A DNA stretch of 32,000 bases, taken from the NCBI GenBank assembly GCA_019359675.1, contig JAHHGX010000022.1:4549-36548 (forward strand), in the 5' to 3' direction. The notes under the pieces were generated by a model. It did no database searches. It saw nothing but the letters and a program-made list of their open reading frames with translations, and was not told the origin of the DNA. Position numbers and translations under genes: made by a program. Origin of the DNA: Calothrix sp. FI2-JRJ7 (GTDB taxonomy: Bacteria; Cyanobacteriota; Cyanobacteriia; Cyanobacteriales; Nostocaceae). Each line of letters opens with the position of its first letter. The first letter of the stretch is position 1. Below, piece after piece: positions 25,301 through 30,986 of the stretch.

Positions 25301-25474
25301 CCTTCAGAAAAAGGTGGAAAAATACCTGCGGTTGCACTTACCGCTTACGCAAGAGCAGAAGACCGAAAACGCGCAATGATAGCAGGTTATCAAATGTATC
25401 TCACCAAACCCGTTGAACCATCGGAACTGCGAGCAGTTATATCAAGCCTTACAACTCTCATCCAAAAAAATTGA
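22391..25474 (+). CDS. Multi-PAS hybrid sensor histidine kinase with C-terminal receiver domain
   Basis: 1027-aa ORF. It has about 5 PAS/PAC modules (repeated YRCKDGSYRW / HKDG motifs). The H-box is LATLSHELRTPLNAI. N, G1 and G2 boxes are present (NAIKFT, DTGLGI, GGLGLGL). The receiver domain is ILVVDDEPDARE...SDIGMPDEDGY...LTAY...K. Confidence 0.9.
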   Translation: MTLEQRFFSLSPDIYCIVGMEGLIIQVNPAFEKILGFTKEEVLGQSYIGFVHEDSAPATVEALLTLELGFAARYHNRYKCKDGSYKWVEWIVEPVLEEGLMYAVGRDFTNIYQVLEERERFFSVGADLLSIGTFDGSLTWVSPSWEKTLGWTTEELTSHPWVYFVHPDDHEKTLSAGQELIAGVELVSFENRYRCKDGSYRWISWRSHPFVSEGLIYGAGIDVTERKLAQNAAEEQGLLFKAITDNAFVALFIMDEHQHCVFMNPAAEELTGFSLDEVRGRALHDIIHHTRPDVSHYPLEECPIDRAFPENNQEQGEEVFIHKDGHFYTVAYTASPIRSADKIRGTVMEVQDISVRKRALEELKESEERFRTLVEQVRDHAIFRTDIEGRPTTWNEGVRQVLGFEEHEFINQEITPIIFTPEDLEKNVPSLELKEAKTTGSASDDRWMRHKDGTRIWISGMTYGVYNEKGEISSYGKVMRDMTNAKRAEEALEKEQARLRAVLDNIPVAVVLAEAPSGKIVMANKRTEEIFRHPVFYSNDYNSYHEWESYHADGRRTESHEYALAKVFATGESYENEYHYQRGDGTRTWVRVMGAPIKDRDGNVIAGVVAITDIDAEKQEQERREQLLETEQSARAEAERVGRMKDEFLATLSHELRTPLNAILGWSQIIRKGNIDAARMQQGLDTIQRNVRAQSQLIEDLLDMSRITSGKIRLNVQQVDIKSVIEAALETVRLSAEAKGVQLQTVFDQFIGVISGDPARLQQIIWNLLANAIKFTPRNGKVQIVLERVDSRMEISVIDTGLGIKPEFLPHVFERFSQADGSITRKHGGLGLGLSIVRGLTELHGGTVRVKSDGEGMGATFTVSLPVAAVIPNVTEQKKAHRDIANSSEEFDDFEQLTLTGIKILVVDDEPDARELIRYVLEDALANVITAGSAHDALELMMQEAPDILISDIGMPDEDGYEFIRKIRSLPSEKGGKIPAVALTAYARAEDRKRAMIAGYQMYLTKPVEPSELRAVISSLTTLIQKN

Positions 25475-25528
25475 TTGTAGCACAGGCATCATAAACTGTG
25501 AATAATTATATAACAAGGAGATATTGTA

Positions 25529-25687
25529 ATTGCTCGTACTGAAGAGGGGCGCCTGGTGCTGGAGAAGTCAGAAACGATCAAGTTGCGGTTGAAGTCTCGG
25601 TTTTCGCAGTTGCCGAAAGATAGAAGTTTGGCTTTGGAATTGATTGCGGAACGCCGTGAAGAAGTGAAAAGGGAAGACGCTAAATGA
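25529..25687 (+). CDS. Putative VapB-like antitoxin, start codon uncertain or missing
   Basis: The frame is open from 25514 and ends in a 4-nt ATGA overlap with vapC. It reads (I)ARTEEGRLVLEKSETIKLRLKSRFSQLPKDRSLALELIAERREEVKREDAK. AAGGAG (25515-25520) is followed in frame only by ATT codons. The first canonical start is GTG 25556. It was below the ORF-track size cut-off. Confidence 0.4.
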   Translation: MARTEEGRLVLEKSETIKLRLKSRFSQLPKDRSLALELIAERREEVKREDAK

Positions 25688-26065
25688 CGGTTATTCTCGA
25701 TGCTTCGGCATTGCTGGCTTACTTGAACTCGGAGCCAGGAAGTAATGTTGTAGAAGCAACACCAAGTGAGTCGGTGATTTCGAGTGTGAACTGGGCTGAG
25801 GTGGTTCAGAAAGGACTTGCACTTCTGTGTGGTTATTGAGGGAATGCTGGATGATTTGCAGGCGTTGGGTTTGGTGGTAGAGCCGTTTACCTCCCTTGAT
25901 GGTGAGGTGGCAGGACGGCTCTGGGAACAAACACGCAAATATGGGTTGTCTCTGGGAGACCGTGCGTGTTTGAGTTTAGGGTTGCGGTTGGGAGTTGTTG
26001 TTTTGACAAGCGACCGCGTATGGCTCAATCTCGATTTGGGGTTGGATATCCGTGCGGTGCGCTAA
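25684..26065 (+). pseudogene. vapC: PIN-domain toxin VapC, interrupted by a +1 frameshift
   Basis: The N-part is MTVILDASALLAYLNSEPGS...VNWAEVVQKG, ending at TGA 25837-25839. The homology continues in the next frame as VVIEGMLDDLQALGLVVEPF...LSLGDRACLSLGLRLGVVVLTSDRVW. The PIN acidic residues are split across the two frames. Confidence 0.7.
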
Positions 26066-26108
26066 CAATTTTTCGATATTTAAGGCGCCATACTAATCCA
26101 CTAATAAG

Positions 26109-26133
26109 AATGTGAACCGTGGTTCACATTTTT
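26109..26133 (+). terminator. Rho-independent terminator after the vapBC remnant
   Basis: AATGTGAACC gt GGTTCACATT followed by TTT (the inner pairs must open to form the loop). Confidence 0.7.
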
Positions 26134-26279
26134 AAGTACTGGAAGTACGGTAAACCGAACTAACCGAACATATTTTTAGATTGGCGCCAATGAAAATTGT
26201 TCCTTCATATACAGAACAAAATCAACCGATAGCTCGTCAAGGAATAAAACATTAGTATTTTAATTAACGTAGAATCTTT

Positions 26280-26840
26280 ATGAAACTTAATATAAAGTTG
26301 ATTACACTATCATTAGCGATTTCATTATTAGGAGCGGCCCCAATCTTTAACTTGACTTCAGGTATGCTTCCAGTTGTTGCTCAAAATCAACCTACAAGTA
26401 CAAATACTAAATTTCAAACCTTTGTGGAAAAAGGGAGATATTCAATACAATATCCTCAAAACTGGTTTATCAGAAGAGAAAGCAAGGATTTATTATTTAT
26501 TAGTAACCGTAAGATTCCAGTAGTGGGAGGAGGAGCCTTTCCAAATTATTTTATAAAAACTGATGTACAAATTGAGAATGGAAGTTTACAAGAGAAAATA
26601 TCAACATTAGATTCTAATAGAGAACCTGGTGAGAGATTGGTTAAAAAACGGAATGTGAAAGTAGATGGAAAAAATGCTGTTAGACTTTGGTATAGCGGGG
26701 GTGAAACCGAAATGATACTTACCTTACTACCTTACAAGCAGACTAAAACCGTATCAATAGTATCTTTTTATACAACCAATAACGCAAAACTGGTGCCAAC
26801 TCTAGAAAGAATACATTCTTCTTTTAAATCATTGAAGTAA
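26280..26840 (+). CDS. Hypothetical secreted protein (signal peptide)
   Basis: 186-aa ORF. The N-terminus is MKLNIKLITLSLAISLLGAAPIF, followed by a mixed beta-type sequence. No family recognised with confidence. Confidence 0.55.
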   Translation: MKLNIKLITLSLAISLLGAAPIFNLTSGMLPVVAQNQPTSTNTKFQTFVEKGRYSIQYPQNWFIRRESKDLLFISNRKIPVVGGGAFPNYFIKTDVQIENGSLQEKISTLDSNREPGERLVKKRNVKVDGKNAVRLWYSGGETEMILTLLPYKQTKTVSIVSFYTTNNAKLVPTLERIHSSFKSLK

Positions 26841-27419
26841 AAATGTCGAGGCGCCAGTAAAGAGAGTAATTCTTCTACCCCGTCTATATAAATATGTTGA
26901 ATACTAGGTTTGTTGGAATTCATAAGTTTATATTGTTATTTTGACGCAAAGAAACCAGGTTTCTATATTTTCAAAATGGCAACTGGTATATACTACTATA
27001 ACTTGGGTATAATCCGCTTCATGCAAGGCATACTATTTAGGTATCTAAATTTTAAAATAGATGTATGAACATGTATAAATTTATATATCTATGAAATTAA
27101 AGTTAACTGTATTTATGATGCTCTCGCGTTCAGACCAAGTAACGGCAATTAAAGCTATCAGAAGAGAACGCGGTTCAGGGCGCCGGAGATGAAACCTCTA
27201 AAAATTTTATTCTTTTAATGTATCGTAGACAACTTGTATATTAAACACTGCTCCAACTCTAGTATGATACGCTCCTCAACAAAAAGCATTGCCGTAATTC
27301 AAGCTTTATTCCGATGTATCTCAGCAAGCAAAATTTATATTATGTGGACATGAAAGCAAACAGCGTGCTTCGCTGCTTTTCTTTCACATCTAACAAATAT
27401 ACTTAACGGAGATAAAGTA

Positions 27420-27662
27420 ATGAGTAACGAAATTAATGCAGTTGAATTATCTAATGATGAGCTTGATACTGTAGCTGGTGGTTTAGCGATTAGCTTAGGT
27501 GATATCGGTGGGTTTACGTCGGATGCATCTAACACCTTTTCACAAAAAAATTTAACTGTAGGACAACAAACCTTTGCTGGCCCCGGTGGTAGCTTCACAG
27601 GTTCTGTAACTAACCTACAAGAAATTATCAGTACTGCTGGTCAAGCAATTGCTGCCAAGTAA
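27420..27662 (+). CDS. Double-glycine-leader bacteriocin-like precursor peptide (resembles cyanobacterial CTB-type bacteriocins)
   Basis: 80-aa ORF with a GGAG RBS 8 nt upstream. The leader MSNEINAVELSNDELDTVAGG fits the LSxxELxxVxGG double-glycine consensus. The core is Gly/Ser/Thr-rich (FAGPGGSFTGSVTNLQEI). A strong terminator follows. Confidence 0.75.
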   Translation: MSNEINAVELSNDELDTVAGGLAISLGDIGGFTSDASNTFSQKNLTVGQQTFAGPGGSFTGSVTNLQEIISTAGQAIAAK

Positions 27663-27702
27663 TTAAAGTCTTCAACCCCCAATCATTTCGGTATAATTTT
27701 GC

Positions 27703-27741
27703 ACGGCGCCTATCTTAATGTAGATATCGGCGCCGTTTTTT
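27703..27741 (+). terminator. Rho-independent terminator whose stem is built from two GGCGCC sites
   Basis: ACGGCGCCTATC (27703-) pairs with GATA-tc-GGCGCCGT (-27736), then a run of six T. It lies between the convergent peptide gene and the M50-TPR gene (stop at 27749). Confidence 0.85.
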
Positions 27742-27748
27742 ACTAGCT

Positions 27749-30052
27749 TTAATCTTGCGGTGTTTCTTCCAAAGCTTGTTCAAGTGCTATTGCCTTTTGC
27801 TTATCAGCTTTTTCGGCTTTATTATTTCCTAACTTGCTATATACTTGACTTCGCAATGCATAAGCGTCATGTAGTTGAGGTTCAAGTTGTATAGCTTTAT
27901 TTGCATCAGCTAAGGCGCCTTTATAGTCTTTTAGCTGAATATATATATAACCACGATTAATATAATTCCAGTAGCTCTTAGGATTAAGTTTAATAACTTG
28001 ATTATAATCGGCAATGGCGCCAAAATAATCGCGTAACTTTGTTCTAGCTTCTGCCCGTTGATAGTATACTATATGAGGTTTATGATTTAGCTTTAGTAAA
28101 TAATCATAGTCTTGTATTTCAGCTTTGATATTACCAAGCTGAGAATTTAAGGAAGCACGAATAAAACGGTGTTTAGTATCATTAGGTTGTAATCGCACAA
28201 TTTGATTGTAGTCTGTTAAGGCGCCTTTATGGTGTCGCATGACTTTAAATGCTCTCGCACGTTTAATATATGTATCTACATCATTGGGATTTTGTTGTAA
28301 TATTGCTGTTGCTTTTTGAATTTCATGCTTCTGCATACTGAGAAAACGTTCGCGTCGCTGTTGCGGTTTCTCTAATATATGCGGAATTTCACTTAAGAAA
28401 CTAATTGCACGTGGTGATATTGCGTATAGAGAACCTGTTAATGCCCCAAGGAGACTACCGCAGTAAAGAACAATTAAAGAAATTCGCGTTATCCATTTAC
28501 CTTGTGATTCATTATAACGTCTAATTATATCTTTAACTAAAAAATTTCTGCTAGCAGCAGGTAAGTTATTATACCCAAATTGTTTAAAATATATATAAAC
28601 ATTATTAATTAGATTATCTTGATTACTAGGTTTACTCTGTTTAAGAAGTCGCTGTAATTTAGAATTAGCTTTAGCCGCGCGGAAGCTTTGTGGTATACTA
28701 AAAGCTGTTAATAGTATAAATATAAATAATATAGGTTGAGAAATAGAAAGGCGAGCTAGTACAAATAAGCCAAATAGTTGAAATAAAACATCGCTATAAG
28801 CAAAACGTGAAAATAAAAGTAAGTTTGCTATTTTACCACCATCAAGCGGGTAAATAGGCAATAAATTTATTAAATTTAAACCAATTAACATCCAAGCAGT
28901 GTCTTTTACCCAAACTACATCAATTGTATTACCAGAGATAAAAGCCAAAAATATTCCCAAAATTAAACCGGGCAAAGGGCCAGCGAGTAAAACCCAAACA
29001 TTTTGAGTAAGTGTAGTATCATATTTCTGGCTTGCTGTTGCAACGGCGCCTAAAAAGGGTAAAAATAACATTGAAGTATCACGATAACCGCATAAATGCA
29101 TGGCAATTAGGTGTCCAGCTTCGTGTAGCATTATCACCAGCACAAAAATTGCCAAGCGATGTATTTCAAACATGTGCATAAAAGATGCTACAAACAAACC
29201 AAAACTTATAAACAGCATCCAAGCACGAAATTTACCATCGACCAGTCCCTTATTCTGACTTTCTGTACGCTTAAACCCTTCAACCTCCAGTTCAACAGGA
29301 ATATCAACCCGCATTTCAGGATTAGTTTTAGCTGCTAATAAGCGCTGGTTAATAATTTTTGTAACTTTATGTTTCCCATCAACCAATTTCTTAGCAACTT
29401 TCCATGCACCCTGTAATGTCAGACTATATTTTTTTTCCTCAACTAATCGTAGTTTCCCTGCTTTAAATAAATAATTTAAATGTTTATTGCTAAATTTTTC
29501 TAAAGCTATCGTAAATTTATCAGGGGATAAACCAATTGCAGGTTTTGCTATACTTACTTTTTCGACAGTATCTTGATGTAACTGCCATTGTACCAGAGTT
29601 TCTGGTGTGTAAGCATCTTGAATAGTAAAGTTAGGCGTTTCACCAATTACCCCATCAGCTTTACCATTCATTGTCAATAATAAACTACTGTCTTGAAAAA
29701 ATGTATAAAATTCAATATCAAATAAATTAACAGCTTCAAGCGGATAACGAATTCCTACCTTTGCATACGACTTCAGCGATTGATTATACAACAGTATTTC
29801 TACCACTGTTGGTGGGTCAATTTGAAGCATGGGTTCTACTTGCACATAGCAACACGCTTTAAAACCCAATTCCTCTAGTTCAGAAATGGCGCCTTTAAAT
29901 AATTGTTGAAGGTATAATGGTACTTGTTTACTATTGATAATTTCGTATTTAGGGCGCCGAAAAACAGACTTGAAAATAAACAAAAACGCTACTAAATAGT
30001 TGATAACAGCGAAAAGCACCAAAATAGCAATGGGGTAGAGAATATATTGCAT
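27749..30052 (-). CDS. Site-2-protease-like (M50) membrane metalloprotease with unknown N-terminal domain and C-terminal TPR repeats
   Basis: HEAGHLIAMH (HExxH) and NLLPIYPLDGG (the NxxPxxxLDG second S2P motif) lie within TM helices. The last 180 aa or so are TPR units. The track starts at TTG 30070, but ATG 30052 (MQYILYPIAIL) is more likely. Confidence 0.8.
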   Translation of the reverse strand: MQYILYPIAILVLFAVINYLVAFLFIFKSVFRRPKYEIINSKQVPLYLQQLFKGAISELEELGFKACCYVQVEPMLQIDPPTVVEILLYNQSLKSYAKVGIRYPLEAVNLFDIEFYTFFQDSSLLLTMNGKADGVIGETPNFTIQDAYTPETLVQWQLHQDTVEKVSIAKPAIGLSPDKFTIALEKFSNKHLNYLFKAGKLRLVEEKKYSLTLQGAWKVAKKLVDGKHKVTKIINQRLLAAKTNPEMRVDIPVELEVEGFKRTESQNKGLVDGKFRAWMLFISFGLFVASFMHMFEIHRLAIFVLVIMLHEAGHLIAMHLCGYRDTSMLFLPFLGAVATASQKYDTTLTQNVWVLLAGPLPGLILGIFLAFISGNTIDVVWVKDTAWMLIGLNLINLLPIYPLDGGKIANLLLFSRFAYSDVLFQLFGLFVLARLSISQPILFIFILLTAFSIPQSFRAAKANSKLQRLLKQSKPSNQDNLINNVYIYFKQFGYNNLPAASRNFLVKDIIRRYNESQGKWITRISLIVLYCGSLLGALTGSLYAISPRAISFLSEIPHILEKPQQRRERFLSMQKHEIQKATAILQQNPNDVDTYIKRARAFKVMRHHKGALTDYNQIVRLQPNDTKHRFIRASLNSQLGNIKAEIQDYDYLLKLNHKPHIVYYQRAEARTKLRDYFGAIADYNQVIKLNPKSYWNYINRGYIYIQLKDYKGALADANKAIQLEPQLHDAYALRSQVYSKLGNNKAEKADKQKAIALEQALEETPQD

Positions 30053-30184
30053 AGCAATGTTATAGAGCAAACTATGCTTAGTATTCCCAGTTTTTCATGT
30101 TGGAGTTAGATTGAAATGTGCTTTTTAAGTTCTTCAGCAAATACACGTACTTTGAGAGGAATATAAGCACGGTTCGTTAGTTGG

Positions 30185-30520
30185 GTGAAAGAATTGGCGC
30201 CGTTATTATCGAGTCGTGGCGTAGCATTTCTTAATGCTCCAGTTATGAGTTTAGCAGCAAAGAACGCGGCGAATTTAATGTTGGCAAAAAGTCATGCACC
30301 GATGTTTCCTATTGATTTAGTTAAGAAAGATTTTCGCTATGTTATGCAAAGCGCGCGGGAAGTAGATGCTGTAATCCCTGTATCTACGGCTATTCACAAT
30401 ATTTATTTGGATGCAGCTGCGCTTGGGTATGGGGGTAATAATATTACAGGTGTTGCTCGGCTTTTATTTGATATTCTAGAGACCGAATATACCCAAATAT
30501 ATAGCTTTGTAATACATTAG
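30185..30520 (+). pseudogene. Remnant of a 3-hydroxyisobutyrate/6-phosphogluconate-dehydrogenase-family (NAD_binding_11) gene
   Basis: Only the C-terminal helical part is present: FPIDLVKKDFRYVMQSAREVDAVIPVSTAIHNIYLDAAALGYG. The Rossmann N-domain is absent and there is no ATG start. An internal segment between ...FLNAPV and the C-domain appears to be missing. Confidence 0.6.
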
Positions 30521-30522
30521 CT

Positions 30523-30585
30523 GGTGCGTGGCGCTACGAGTCTTATAATTACATTGAAGTTTATTCATGGCGCCACACACCCTAC
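30523..30585 (-). repeat. GTAG-hairpin repeat, copy G (reverse orientation), carrying a GGCGCC site in one arm
   Basis: GGTGCGTGGCGCTA ... TGGCGCCACACACCCTAC. Relative to copy C (8374-8437), an arm change A>G is matched by T>C on the other arm. Confidence 0.75.
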
Positions 30586-30632
30586 TTGGGAATGTCGCTA
30601 TTTTACGCATTTGGAGGCGCCAATAAAATCGG

Positions 30633-30696
30633 GTAGGGTGCGTGAAAGCTATTACTATCAATCAATGTAACGCAAAATACAGTGCTTTTACGCACC
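30633..30696 (+). repeat. GTAG-hairpin repeat, copy H (divergent arms), plus a partial terminus at 30712-30735
   Basis: GTAGGGTGCGTGAAAGCTA ... GTGCTTTTACGCACC. The arms differ from the consensus but still pair. ccaccctacttgg recurs at 30578-30590 and 30723-30735. Confidence 0.65.
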
Positions 30697-30917
30697 ATTA
30701 ATTACGTTAAGTAAGCGCCATTCCACCCTACTTGGTATTAAAACTTAATAATTTTAAATTTTTTTACATATTACCTACAAACTTTATATAGTCTTTACCA
30801 AAATATTATTGTTTGTACTGAGATAATTTAAACTGCGAAAAGTGCCGCCGGCAACAACCAAAAGAAATGGAAGAATGGCTTTTGCAGTTTGTTTAATAAA
30901 TTAAAATTTATATAAAT

Positions 30918-30943
30918 ATGGGACAGGCAAGGATGCCCATCCC
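30918..30943 (-). terminator. Imperfect hairpin downstream of gcvP (possible terminator; also a common cyanobacterial intergenic repeat type)
   Basis: On the - strand, TGGGATGGGCATCCTTGCCTGTCCCA is followed by tatttatataaatttt. Confidence 0.4.
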
Positions 30944-30986
30944 ACAAAAGTGATTATTTCACAAGAGTGATTATTTAATTTTTGGG

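Noticed and set aside
25489-26028. 179-aa ORF on the minus strand
   Set aside because: It runs antisense to the recognisable vapB/vapC homology. Its Ser/Arg/Pro-rich composition is typical of a shadow ORF in locally G+C-rich DNA.
26841-27419. Long spacer upstream of the bacteriocin-like gene, inspected for further GG-leader peptides, a riboswitch or a small RNA
   Set aside because: I found no additional small ORF with a GG leader. Only weak, AT-rich or long-loop hairpins are present (gaaaccaggtttc; ctcgcgttc...gaacgcgg). This is insufficient to call a feature.
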